A DNA stretch of 30,066 nt, from positions 1 to 30,066 of the IMG/VR virus record IMGVR_UViG_3300014155_000007. The stretch is one strand, 5' to 3'. Source of the DNA: a virus. Its lineage: Duplodnaviria; Caudoviricetes. Positions 1 to 8,663 of this stretch are shown here, one piece after another. Under the pieces are notes generated by a model that had not been told where the DNA came from, ran no database searches, and saw nothing but the letters and a program-made list of their open reading frames with translations. The translations under genes were made by a program, and so were the position numbers. Position 1 is the first letter of the stretch; each line of letters begins with the position of its first letter.

Positions 1-242
1 GCATCTGCGATCCTCCACCAGACACTTACCTGAAACTTTACAATCTGGCCAAGAGTGCCGAAGCAATCCCATGGCGATTCTTGCGGGGCGCCGATCGTGA
101 TGTACGGGAGCGCAACTTCGGGTCCCGGGCGCTTATCATACACTCCGTTAATCAATGTACTCAATGTCGTATCATTGGATAAGGCAGTTACGAAAGCTGT
201 CTGAATTGGAATAAGTGACGAACCTCTTTGAAAGCCGGTCAT
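1..242 (-). CDS. Tail terminator / tail-completion protein (SPP1 gp17, DUF3168-like), 5' part; runs off the window
   Basis: Manual translation from ATG 242, which overlaps the gp10 stop as ATGA: MTGFQRGSSLIPIQTAFVTALSNDTTLSTLINGVYDKRPGPEVALPYITIG. The 'L..li.gVYD..P....PYitiG' pattern and the position after HK97-gp10 are typical of this family. Confidence 0.8.
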   Translation of the reverse strand, partial: MTGFQRGSSLIPIQTAFVTALSNDTTLSTLINGVYDKRPGPEVALPYITIGAPQESPWDCFGTLGQIVKFQVSVWWRIAD

Positions 243-598
243 CGTATCACTCCCTTCAGGAACGAGCAGACAGCCTCAACTGCCTCCTCCTTTTTCGTGT
301 CGTATCCGAAGCGCATAAACGGCCGTGGGCTCATCTTATACGTGCCCAATTCCTGGAAGATCGCGTAAGGCGTATCGTGCGGTTTGACAACGACCTCTAA
401 CGGGCCTGCCTCGTCCTCGTGTATATGATCTCGCAACCATCCAGTTTTAACGGGCGCATGTTCCTGACACCCTTCTGCAAAGACCTTTCCTCCAGCCATT
501 AGTGCGGGCAGAAACCCGAGCAGCATAGGCGCTACCACTCTCGTCTCAATAGCGGCTTGTGCCTCAATGCTTCCTTCGATGCTGCCCCACGAACTCAT
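239..598 (-). CDS. HK97 gp10-family neck/tail protein
   Basis: Motifs APVKTGWLRDHI, YAIFQELGTYKM and PRPFMR. Confidence 0.9.
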   Translation of the reverse strand: MSSWGSIEGSIEAQAAIETRVVAPMLLGFLPALMAGGKVFAEGCQEHAPVKTGWLRDHIHEDEAGPLEVVVKPHDTPYAIFQELGTYKMSPRPFMRFGYDTKKEEAVEAVCSFLKGVIR

Positions 599-616
599 AT
601 ATACTCCATATATGCT

Positions 617-1264
617 CTATATATCTTCCACTTCGATTATCATCCACGGACTGTTAATGTCCGGCTGGTGAATGGTTCTGATTTTTAACGTTTGTGTGTA
701 GCCAGCTTGATCGAGCAAGATGTGTCCGGTCATTTGAATGAGGGTGGTCGTGTGAACCGTAACATCGTATATAATATGCTGACCCAACACGTCGGCCGCC
801 ACGCCGGGCACATCGCTGTGAACGTCTATTCTGGCGGCTATTTCATCGAGGGCAGTTGAGAATGTTGAAGCGGTCTCTCCGCCGATCGCATCTTGAGCGG
901 CAGAATACGACTGATAGATAATTGTGTCAGGCAATTCGAAACAATGCAGCTCTAAATGATGTTGACCGGGTGCTTTGATATTGTTGACGTATATTGAACG
1001 TCCGTTTGCATCGGTTAGTCGGTCACCCACCAGAACGTCCTCGCGATAATCGCAATAAAAGACGTCCGTATCGTTTGGGTTTGTCTTGTATCTCGGCCAC
1101 CCTCCGATGATCGATCTGCTGCGCCCGTAGAGCGTCGCGACGGTGCTCCACGTCTGCGTGTAGTTTAACAGTTTCTTCTTTGAGTCCAATACCGGTGTCT
1201 CGGCCCTGCGCTCTAAGGCGAACGTATCAAAGAGGAGGCCAGTGATCGGGTACGGTTGGATCAC
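617..1264 (-). CDS. Head-closure (SPP1 gp16-like) protein with two tandem domains
   Basis: Located just upstream of gp10. The first half has TWSTVATL...DVLVGDRL...HHLELHCFE; the second half repeats the pattern (QDAIGGETASTF...IAARI...WMIIEVE). Confidence 0.65.
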   Translation of the reverse strand: MIQPYPITGLLFDTFALERRAETPVLDSKKKLLNYTQTWSTVATLYGRSRSIIGGWPRYKTNPNDTDVFYCDYREDVLVGDRLTDANGRSIYVNNIKAPGQHHLELHCFELPDTIIYQSYSAAQDAIGGETASTFSTALDEIAARIDVHSDVPGVAADVLGQHIIYDVTVHTTTLIQMTGHILLDQAGYTQTLKIRTIHQPDINSPWMIIEVEDI

Positions 1265-1863
1265 TTGTCGGCCTCCTTAACGTTCAGAAACCGTTTTGGT
1301 TTTGGTTGTTCGAAGACTCGGATTCGTCGCGGTTTTGATGATGGGTCGTGCGTTACCCCCATCAGCGTTGACTTTGCTGGCTCCGTTTCACGGGAAAGTC
1401 GTTCAGCATGCGTCTCCTCATTCCACGTCCAACTCTTCGCTACGGTAAACGTATGCACGCTTCCAACGATTGCAGGGAAAACGACCGTTCGCTTTCCAAG
1501 CAGTGTGACCGCTATCTCGTGATTAAGCACGCCAACGTGGCCATCAGTATCCGTTGGCAGTAAGTGGACAAAGATAGTGTTGAGGATCGTGGGTGAGTCC
1601 TCATCAGGATCATAATCTACCGAGATTTGCGAGTCGGGATCGGTAAGGTGAAGGGTGATTACTGGATTCCCTGTCTCGTCTACAGCAACAAAGACGATCT
1701 CATCAACCGCAGAAAGGTCTTTGTCTTCTCGCAACGAGTTCTGTATCGGGTAATATGGTTCGGCGTCCTCGCCCTCGTACATATCAAAGTCGTTTTCCGC
1801 CGCGCCTTGCCCTACAGGATTGTCTAAGCCTAAGCCTAATTCTACCATGTTTTCTTTCCTCAC
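1261..1863 (-). CDS. Virion structural protein, BppU-N-like beta-sandwich (probable ATG start at 1848)
   Basis: IFVHLLPTDT..G...HEIAVT...G..TFTV pattern typical of fibre-associated adaptor proteins. GAGG RBS precedes ATG 1848. Confidence 0.45.
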   Translation of the reverse strand: MRKENMVELGLGLDNPVGQGAAENDFDMYEGEDAEPYYPIQNSLREDKDLSAVDEIVFVAVDETGNPVITLHLTDPDSQISVDYDPDEDSPTILNTIFVHLLPTDTDGHVGVLNHEIAVTLLGKRTVVFPAIVGSVHTFTVAKSWTWNEETHAERLSRETEPAKSTLMGVTHDPSSKPRRIRVFEQPKPKRFLNVKEADK

Positions 1864-3902
1864 GTGTCCTTTGTTATGTCAATCTCAAGTAGCCCCACAT
1901 TTCTGCTCCCTCGATTTGCCAACATTCCAACACATCGTTTCCCATGAGTGGTGAACAGACCCATGCAGCGGGGATCACTTCGTATAACCAGCACGTCACG
2001 CTGATGACGGTATGCCCATATTAGTTGCGGCACGTTCGCTCTTACATTGACGATTGCTGTCATGGCAGGCGGCTCAACTCCTACATCCTCTGCGTTGGCT
2101 GTTGGTGATATCACAGCTGAGTCCGCAAGGTCCAGCGTTACATCGGGCAGCGGAGCGTTCGCCAAAGGCCCCACAATTGCGGTGAGCGGAGACGCCGTTA
2201 CGTTTATTATCGGTACGCACGCCGATGGCCCGATCAGGGCTGTCACATCAGGGGGATCAACGCCTATTAATGGAACGTTCAACACTGGTGATATTACCGC
2301 TGGACTCGCGGGGACGAGCCACACGTCGGGGAGTGGTATGTTCGCTGTGGGGTTTGCGGCCGCGGTGATAGGGGCAGCCGCTACGCCTACCAATGGTACA
2401 TTCAATACTGGTGCGACTGAACTCGTCACGTCGGGGGGCTTAACGCCTGGCAATGAAACATTCGCTGATGGTGAGACCACGGTCGTCATGCCAGGAGGGC
2501 CAACGCCTACTAAAGGTACATTCAATACTGGTGATATAACCGCTGCTCCCGCGTCTGAGGGTGCGACGCCAATTAGCGAAACGTTTGCCGTTGGTGACAC
2601 GGTAGCGGTAACACTGGGCATCGTGACATTAGCAATAGCGGGACCAATCGCAATATAACAGATCTGTGTGGCATCTGTCGTCGCGTCAGTACCCCATACA
2701 ATATCAAATTTATCGCTCAAAAAATTATTTATTGGGGCAGCCACGTCAGTTGCATCTCCTGCAGTGCTGTTGCTTACGATAATCGAATTTGTTGAATCAT
2801 TATAATTTGAATCTACCGAGCTGCCGACGTTGGATTCATCGGTTTTCGCCGCTACGCTGAAGTTTGTGCCGTCACTCGCGCCAACTGTGATTCTTGCGCT
2901 TTGTATATTTGATGCACTTGCTGGGTAACTATCCGTAGCGGCGAGCACTGCAGAAGGTGTAAATCCAACACCTGTTACCGTATCTGTGATAGCGCTAGTT
3001 TGCCCCGTCTTAGCCCAGGCTCCAACTTTGATATTTGTCCCCGCGAGTGCGAGGCTGTAATAATAATAATCGTTTCCACTATCAGTAGTCCAATCTACCG
3101 TAAAGCCGCCGCTGTCCATCGAGACGAACGATGCAACATCCGTGATTGTATTGCCGCCGGTTGGCGATGACATGGTAGCAACGTTGAGGATGCATGCATT
3201 GGTGACCTGTGTTCTAGATGATTGTGAGTTTGTGGCAAGCGCCTCATATGAACCAGTATTGTGGATAGCCCATTGGCTCGTTGCACTCATAGCTCCGAGC
3301 ATGAACATACCGTAAGATGTGTCCTTAGCGGGGGGGGCCGACGTATAACAATCGCTTAGATGCAGAACTACATTTGGTTTAAAACTCGTACCGGCTAGTG
3401 TAACTCCTTGGTTGCCGCTTGACTTTTTCCAACCCGTTACTCCCGCCCCAGTAATGTCACTCCCACCAATAGCGAGGTAATAGATTGTATAGGCCGTTCC
3501 GGGAGTCGTACTGTATGTTGCTACAAACTGGCCGCTATTAAGAGAACTAAATGCTACACTTGAAATTTGGAGAAGTAGATTGTCTTGATGATCGTAGAGT
3601 ATATAAGGGTAAGCAGCTTGATGTCTGTCTTGTAATTTAGCCTGCGATGGCAATGAACCTGAGTGGTCCTGTTGCGCATTGCATGTAGCACCATATTGCA
3701 TAGTGGGGCCGGAACCGTTAGCGGCTGCGAAGCCCATTCCAAATGCTACGACGTTATGCGTTTGAAGTGCTTGCCATCCTGTCGTTCCTTGGTTTGTTCC
3801 CCACAATATAAGTGCGACCGGCGTAAAACCCAAGCCGCTTATTGTGTCCGACGTGCCCGACGTCGTATTATTCCAATGTCCGGTCTTCGCGTAAAACGTC
3901 AT
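1860..3902 (-). CDS. Virion fibre/adhesin, paralog B: three GF(T/K)P domains plus ~10 copies of a 20/21-aa repeat
   Basis: S/T/G-rich protein with GLGFTP, TSFKP and GVGFTP domain starts and xPxxNVPLxGV repeats; clearly paralogous to 3903..5837. Confidence 0.7.
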   Translation of the reverse strand: MTFYAKTGHWNNTTSGTSDTISGLGFTPVALILWGTNQGTTGWQALQTHNVVAFGMGFAAANGSGPTMQYGATCNAQQDHSGSLPSQAKLQDRHQAAYPYILYDHQDNLLLQISSVAFSSLNSGQFVATYSTTPGTAYTIYYLAIGGSDITGAGVTGWKKSSGNQGVTLAGTSFKPNVVLHLSDCYTSAPPAKDTSYGMFMLGAMSATSQWAIHNTGSYEALATNSQSSRTQVTNACILNVATMSSPTGGNTITDVASFVSMDSGGFTVDWTTDSGNDYYYYSLALAGTNIKVGAWAKTGQTSAITDTVTGVGFTPSAVLAATDSYPASASNIQSARITVGASDGTNFSVAAKTDESNVGSSVDSNYNDSTNSIIVSNSTAGDATDVAAPINNFLSDKFDIVWGTDATTDATQICYIAIGPAIANVTMPSVTATVSPTANVSLIGVAPSDAGAAVISPVLNVPLVGVGPPGMTTVVSPSANVSLPGVKPPDVTSSVAPVLNVPLVGVAAAPITAAANPTANIPLPDVWLVPASPAVISPVLNVPLIGVDPPDVTALIGPSACVPIINVTASPLTAIVGPLANAPLPDVTLDLADSAVISPTANAEDVGVEPPAMTAIVNVRANVPQLIWAYRHQRDVLVIRSDPRCMGLFTTHGKRCVGMLANRGSRNVGLLEIDITKDT
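2025..2630 (-). repeat. Coding tandem repeat of 60/63-nt units (xPxxNVPLxGVxPPxxTAxV)
   Basis: Units such as SPVLNVPLVGVGPPGMTTVV and APVLNVPLVGVAAAPITAAA. The DNA ggtacattcaatactggtg recurs at ~2395 and ~2515. Boundaries approximate. Confidence 0.85.
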
Positions 3903-5837
3903 TTAGTTTTCCTCCCCTGCTGGGAAGTCGTCTTTTGTCATATCAGGTTCAAGGAACCCCACGTTCCGGCTCCCTCTGCTCACTAACAGCCCTTCGCATC
4001 GCGCTCCAGCGGGATCGAATAGTCCTGGACAGCGGGGAACACCCGCCAAGATTTGAGACGGAGCGCGGTGATGACGATACACGGATACTCCTACCCACGG
4101 AACAATTGCTCTCACGTCGACAATTGCCGTGATGCCGGGAAGTGAAACATCTATTAGTGGTATATACGCCAGCGGTTCGATCAGTCCCGTCACGTTTTGA
4201 GGCCCCACATTCACCTCGTCCACATTTGCTACCGGCGATATAACCGCCGAGCTTGCGGGAACCAATCGTACGCCTGGCAACGGAACGTTTGCTAACGGGT
4301 TTACGATAGCGGTGAGTGGTGTTGCCGAAACGTTTATTAACGGAACGAATGCTAATGACAAGGCTGCTCCTACTACAGTGGGGGGGCCGACGCCTACTAG
4401 CGGAACGTTTAACACTGGTGCGACTTGCCCCGTCACGTCAGGAGGTTTAACGCCAACTAGAGGGACCTTCGCTGAGGGTGATACAACCGCTGCAATGGTG
4501 GAAAGCGAAACCCCCGGCTGTGGTACGTTCGCCGACGGGTTCACGGTTCCATTGACTGACGAGGTTACAACGCCTATCGACGGTACGTTGCCTGATGGCA
4601 GTACGGTAGCGGTCGCGGAGCCAGCATTTACAGAGGCGAGTCCAAAGACGATGTAGCATATTTGGGTTGCGACTGCATTGTTCGTTCCCCACGTAACGAC
4701 AAATGCATCATTCGCGAGTCCTATCGTGCCCAATGCATCTGGCGTTGATGCATCACTATCATTAACGACAATAGCTTCGTTCGTGTATGAAAACTTGTAA
4801 TCAACGGTCGTAGAGACATTATTCTCTGAAGTGCCACCAGCGACGCCATTGTTTGTACCGTCACCCGCTCCAAACGAAAAACGGAATCCTGGCTGCTGAG
4901 TAGCGGCTGCGACTTTGGAGTCCGTCGCGGCGATCACTGCCACTGGTGTTATGCCGGGAGTGGCAACCGTGTCGGTTGAGCCGTTTGCGCCTGTAGATTT
5001 GCTCCACGCACCGACTTGAGACTTTACACCTGCCAGGCACAGACTAAAGAAGTAGTGCCCATATTGAAAAGCGTAATCCAGGTTTAAGGTAAAGCCGTCA
5101 TTGTCGAATGAAACGTATTCGGCTTCATTTACACCTATTTCACTCAGCAAAACCTTGTTCGTTAGTTGCTCGCTCCATGTGGCCGTAGGGAAATCACCTT
5201 TAGGACGGAGCCCGTCAATCGCGAATTGAGCGGTGCTCGTCATCGCTCCTAGCTGAATCAAGTCGTAGGGGGGTGAGTATGTTCCGCTAGGAGGAGCATT
5301 ATACCAGCCTATCCCTATATGCATAGCACACGACGGCTTGAAACCAAGGCCCGTAAAGCTTTGATTCCCCGATGAGGTTGACAATTGATTCAGCATAACC
5401 CCCGCATTGGCTATGTCACTACCCCCAAGTGCGAGGAAGTTTATTGGATATGACGTACCCTGCACAGTCGTCCAATTTATCACAAATTGGCCGCTGGCCA
5501 TCGAGGTTATCGTTCCTTCGAGCACGACAGAGCCAGGAATACCGGCAGAGCGAATAACAAAGGAAGTTGAGTCCTGGTAGATATTGGCGTAGTCAGTGCC
5601 GTATGTCCAATCGCCGCTTGAAGACGCAAAAGCAACCGCTCCCTGTTGGTATGCGCTTTTGGCGGCGTTATAGGCTGAGAAGCCCATACCGTATTCGTTT
5701 GCGGCCGCGAAGCCTGTGCCGGTGTTTAAGACTCCCCATAAAATTATAGCGACGGGGGTAAAGCCTAAACCGCTGACCGTTTGATTCCCGGTTGACGTCG
5801 GCGTGTTAAGCGTGCCGACTTTCGCAGAGAGCGTCAT
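3903..5837 (-). CDS. Virion fibre/adhesin, paralog A: three GF(T/K)P domains plus ~9 copies of a 20/21-aa repeat
   Basis: Same architecture as 1860..3902; shares SGLGFTPVA.ILWG, ATQICYI and a C-terminal RGSRNVG.LE.D.TKD. Confidence 0.7.
   Translation of the reverse strand: MTLSAKVGTLNTPTSTGNQTVSGLGFTPVAIILWGVLNTGTGFAAANEYGMGFSAYNAAKSAYQQGAVAFASSSGDWTYGTDYANIYQDSTSFVIRSAGIPGSVVLEGTITSMASGQFVINWTTVQGTSYPINFLALGGSDIANAGVMLNQLSTSSGNQSFTGLGFKPSCAMHIGIGWYNAPPSGTYSPPYDLIQLGAMTSTAQFAIDGLRPKGDFPTATWSEQLTNKVLLSEIGVNEAEYVSFDNDGFTLNLDYAFQYGHYFFSLCLAGVKSQVGAWSKSTGANGSTDTVATPGITPVAVIAATDSKVAAATQQPGFRFSFGAGDGTNNGVAGGTSENNVSTTVDYKFSYTNEAIVVNDSDASTPDALGTIGLANDAFVVTWGTNNAVATQICYIVFGLASVNAGSATATVLPSGNVPSIGVVTSSVNGTVNPSANVPQPGVSLSTIAAVVSPSAKVPLVGVKPPDVTGQVAPVLNVPLVGVGPPTVVGAALSLAFVPLINVSATPLTAIVNPLANVPLPGVRLVPASSAVISPVANVDEVNVGPQNVTGLIEPLAYIPLIDVSLPGITAIVDVRAIVPWVGVSVYRHHRAPSQILAGVPRCPGLFDPAGARCEGLLVSRGSRNVGFLEPDMTKDDFPAGEEN
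4095..4625 (-). repeat. Coding tandem repeat of 60/63-nt units, same family as 2025..2630
   Basis: Units such as SPSAKVPLVGVKPPDVTGQV, APVLNVPLVGVGPPTVVGAA and NPLANVPLPGVRLVPASSAVI. Boundaries approximate. Confidence 0.85.
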
Positions 5838-5876
5838 CTGAAGGCTTTACCTCAATTCGTCCACGACCTCGGAGTT

Positions 5877-6311
5877 TCAGAGATCGAACATTCCAAGTGT
5901 CGGGCACGGGACCGTGAAGTTGCCGCCCTGACCTGCCTTGTCTGCATCATACAGGATATAGCCGAGCAGATACTTCGAGCCTGAGTTGTCATATATCCTG
6001 ACGCACCGAACTCCGGTGAATGTCGCGGTTGGCCATGTTGTGTCTGCACAATACAGTTTCGCGTACGCACTTGGCGCTGTTCCGGTCGTCACAGGATCGT
6101 AGAGCGTCATCTGCGTGCCGCCTTGGGTGTAGCCGTTTGCAGTGGCAAGCTCGTTAGTGCTGCTGTATGTCTCGTCGGTATCCTGTGCCGGTGTAAGGCT
6201 GCTGGTATAAAGGGCCATGTAGTACGTCGTCGTCGCGGCCTTCCATGCGCTCATATCCTGTTTCGCTAGGTGCATCCGACCCTTAGCATACATATACGCC
6301 ACGTTGGTCAT
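5877..6311 (-). CDS. Small virion structural protein of the type that precedes fibre genes
   Basis: YMALYTS...NELATANGYTQGG...TWPTATFT...GGNFTV pattern, widespread in phage head/fibre modules. Confidence 0.7.
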   Translation of the reverse strand: MTNVAYMYAKGRMHLAKQDMSAWKAATTTYYMALYTSSLTPAQDTDETYSSTNELATANGYTQGGTQMTLYDPVTTGTAPSAYAKLYCADTTWPTATFTGVRCVRIYDNSGSKYLLGYILYDADKAGQGGNFTVPCPTLGMFDL

Positions 6312-6324
6312 TGGTTCCTCCTGA

Positions 6325-7062
6325 TCAGTTCGTGACTATGAACACCCAAATGACGCCAGTGTCGCTCGTCATCGCATTGGTTTGCGTGAAATGAATCTTG
6401 AGCGTATCAGCGGCCACAAAGGTGTTGTTTACTGCGGGTACGCCTGATTGGGCGATAACTTGGTTCAGTGTGTTCGTGTGCGCGACCGGTAATGTGATTG
6501 GCGCCGTTCCTGCTGCCTCAACCTGTCCCGAAGCGCTAAGTACGAAATCGAGCGTGCCTGCGCCTGAGTTGGCGTCGGCTGCTGCTGTCACGACTATGCC
6601 GTAAACGCCGACTATTGAGCCGATGAATCCGAGCGGGATAGCACTGATGACATCATGCGACCCTCCTACAAGAGTGCTGTAGGCTATCGGAATAGGCCCT
6701 ATCTGGTTGCCTTTCACTCCTGCGGCGAGTTGTCCTCCGACGATACCTGCTGCCGATGCGAGTTGGGATCCTGCTATGTTAGCCGACGCATCCAACTGCG
6801 TTCCTAAAATTCCTGCGGTATCACTCAATGATACGTGCGTGAATGTCTTAGCGAGCGTTTTCGATTCTGTTACTGCGTTCGCCGCGAGCATTGCATTCGT
6901 GATTGAAGCTGGCGGCATTATGCCTAGTGAGATTACTAAGTTGCCTATCGCGGCAATTAGGGCGTCCATTTCAGAAACTACAAGGTTGCCATCAGGGTCT
7001 ACTTTAAGTTGAAGTTGCTGATTAGTAGTTTCGTCCCATCCGTAAAGTCTAGCTTTGTCCAT
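6325..7062 (-). CDS. Short head fibre/decoration protein
   Basis: SITNAMLAANAVTESK and (I)xGxQLxxxA repeats form a likely shaft; the C-terminal domain is homologous to that of 8664..9461. Confidence 0.6.
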   Translation of the reverse strand: MDKARLYGWDETTNQQLQLKVDPDGNLVVSEMDALIAAIGNLVISLGIMPPASITNAMLAANAVTESKTLAKTFTHVSLSDTAGILGTQLDASANIAGSQLASAAGIVGGQLAAGVKGNQIGPIPIAYSTLVGGSHDVISAIPLGFIGSIVGVYGIVVTAAADANSGAGTLDFVLSASGQVEAAGTAPITLPVAHTNTLNQVIAQSGVPAVNNTFVAADTLKIHFTQTNAMTSDTGVIWVFIVTN

Positions 7063-7130
7063 GATCAGACCTCCTTAAGCCTCAAAAGAGCAAGCAAGTT
7101 TTAGCCTCTGGTTTTAACTTTAGCTCAAGC

Positions 7131-7547
7131 CTAATACGATCGGTCATCGAACTGACCTTCGTAGAACGGCTTTCTGCGTATTTGTCCAGTGCGGCGACAT
7201 ACCAAACCTCCGAAACCAATAACGAAATCGTGGCTGCGTAGTTTCTTCTCTAGCGCTAGGAATTGCGCGACGACTTCCTTCGGGTCTACTTTGACGTCCC
7301 CGGCAATTCCTGTTTGTGGATACTTGCTAAATCGTGCCACGATTGCTGCGCAGGCATCGGCGGCTGGACCATACATACGAGTGATGTCGGTCTTAGTCCC
7401 GATGCATGTGGCTATCTCGTCGTCGGAGATTAAAGGAAAATTCGGGTCGGTGTCGCCGATGAGGAAGCGAACCATGTCGAGCAGAGAATCCATTGGATCT
7501 CCGCCGTAGCTCCACGTTCTATCGGCAGACTCTACTGTCCATGCCAT
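7131..7547 (-). CDS. Head-tail adaptor (gp15/gp6-like)
   Basis: W.Y.GDP....D.VRFLIGDTD....l.SDDEI motif; first gene after the major capsid protein. Confidence 0.8.
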   Translation of the reverse strand: MAWTVESADRTWSYGGDPMDSLLDMVRFLIGDTDPNFPLISDDEIATCIGTKTDITRMYGPAADACAAIVARFSKYPQTGIAGDVKVDPKEVVAQFLALEKKLRSHDFVIGFGGLVCRRTGQIRRKPFYEGQFDDRSY

Positions 7548-7568
7548 TGTTTTCGCTCCTCATCGGAC

Positions 7569-7655
7569 TTTGTTTTGTTTTGCTTTGCTTCGCCTTGCTT
7601 TGCGTTGCTTTGCCTTCGCTCTGCTCTACCCTACTTGCTCTCTCTGTGCTCTACT
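7569..7655. repeat. Degenerate intergenic pentanucleotide array (TTTGT, TTTGC, TCTGC, CCTAC)
   Basis: tttgt tttgt tttgc tttgc ttcgc cttgc tttgc gttgc tttgc cttcgc tctgc tctac cctac, lying between the capsid stop and the adaptor RBS. Confidence 0.8.
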
Positions 7656-7665
7656 AGCTCTTAGG

Positions 7666-8649
7666 CTAGGTCTCCACCGCTCCGCTAAAGAAGACGCCCA
7701 TCGGAGGCGAGACTATCTTGAACTGCCAAGAGGCCGCTACTTCTAGCCAATCGGCTCGCTGCTCTTGTTCTCTCATCTTCCTGACGGTCACTGGTTGTCC
7801 TGCCTGTTGTCTCAGGGTGATGTTGTAACCGCCCGTCGCGACACGCTTGCCCGGACCGGGAGCCGTGTAGAGAAGAAGGGCATCGTTGCCATACAGGTAG
7901 TCAGGCGCGAACGTCTGGCCTTCCGCCGCGGTGTTTGCCATCGCGTACGGCACGAGCACCTGGTCGACGCTGAACACCGTCGCGAGGTTCAGTTCGTTGA
8001 GGATAATGTCTGTGTTATCCTTGTAGATGAACTTCCTAACGATGTCAGGGTGCTCAACGAGAGCGTCGAACACTTTCGGTGCGAGGATCAACTTATTAGG
8101 TTTGCGCCCCGTCGCCGATGCGATTGTGTTTCTGGCTTTCCGTATGTCCTGAATTGGCGTGCTGTTGTCCGTGTCTGTCCACCAGTCGAAGTACGTGGCT
8201 CCGCCGCCGCCGCCGTGGACCTCGCCGGTAAGGGTTGTTCCCCATATTCCGGTACCCATGACGTGCGAGATAAACTCCGTCTCTTTGGAGACGCGCATGG
8301 TCTCGGTCAACTGAATGGTCGTGTCGGCGTCGAGGTCGAACACTGAGTCCGCTTCCTCTCTGTCCTCATCGGGAATGAGAACGTGAACTGCCCACTCATC
8401 GAGTGCGTAGTCAGCACGCTCCGTCCCCCATCCAATAGCTACTGATTCGGTTCCTGGCTTCCGTTTCCGTGCACCGGCCATCTTGAAGTACGCTTCGTTG
8501 TAGAGGTAGTACTTCCCTCGCCTGTGGTCAACCGGAAGGATCGGAAACACTATGTCGGCAATGTAGTTTTGTGGATCCTGCAGTTCCATAACGCTGACGT
8601 CTTGCAACATCGCATTATAATGCAGGTCACTTAGTACTGGTTGTGGCAT
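7666..8649 (-). CDS. Major capsid protein (HK97 fold, lambda gpE-like)
   Basis: IADIVFPILPV and TPIQDI...TGRKPNKLILAPKVFDALVEHPDI motifs; strong AAGGAGGTGA RBS; follows scaffold and cement genes. Confidence 0.9.
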   Translation of the reverse strand: MPQPVLSDLHYNAMLQDVSVMELQDPQNYIADIVFPILPVDHRRGKYYLYNEAYFKMAGARKRKPGTESVAIGWGTERADYALDEWAVHVLIPDEDREEADSVFDLDADTTIQLTETMRVSKETEFISHVMGTGIWGTTLTGEVHGGGGGATYFDWWTDTDNSTPIQDIRKARNTIASATGRKPNKLILAPKVFDALVEHPDIVRKFIYKDNTDIILNELNLATVFSVDQVLVPYAMANTAAEGQTFAPDYLYGNDALLLYTAPGPGKRVATGGYNITLRQQAGQPVTVRKMREQEQRADWLEVAASWQFKIVSPPMGVFFSGAVET

Positions 8650-8663
8650 TTTCTTTCACCTCC

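Noticed and set aside
3900-3905. In-frame TAA-ATG junction allowing a fused double fibre (similar junctions at 21926/21925 and 9465/9461)
   Set aside because: TAA is a tight stop, and ordinary translational coupling explains the junctions.
2047-4656. Plus-strand ORFs 2047..2658 and 4312..4656 with repeats
   Set aside because: They are antisense shadows of the fibre repeat regions.
1860-5837. Diversity-generating retroelement or invertible fibre switch
   Set aside because: No reverse transcriptase or invertase is present, no near-identical TR/VR pair with adenine-specific differences was seen, and both genes are in the same orientation.
7560-7668. Capsid C-terminal extension by TAG readthrough (pyrrolysine) or frameshift
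   Set aside because: Two more in-frame TAGs follow within five codons, and both shifted frames also stop early.
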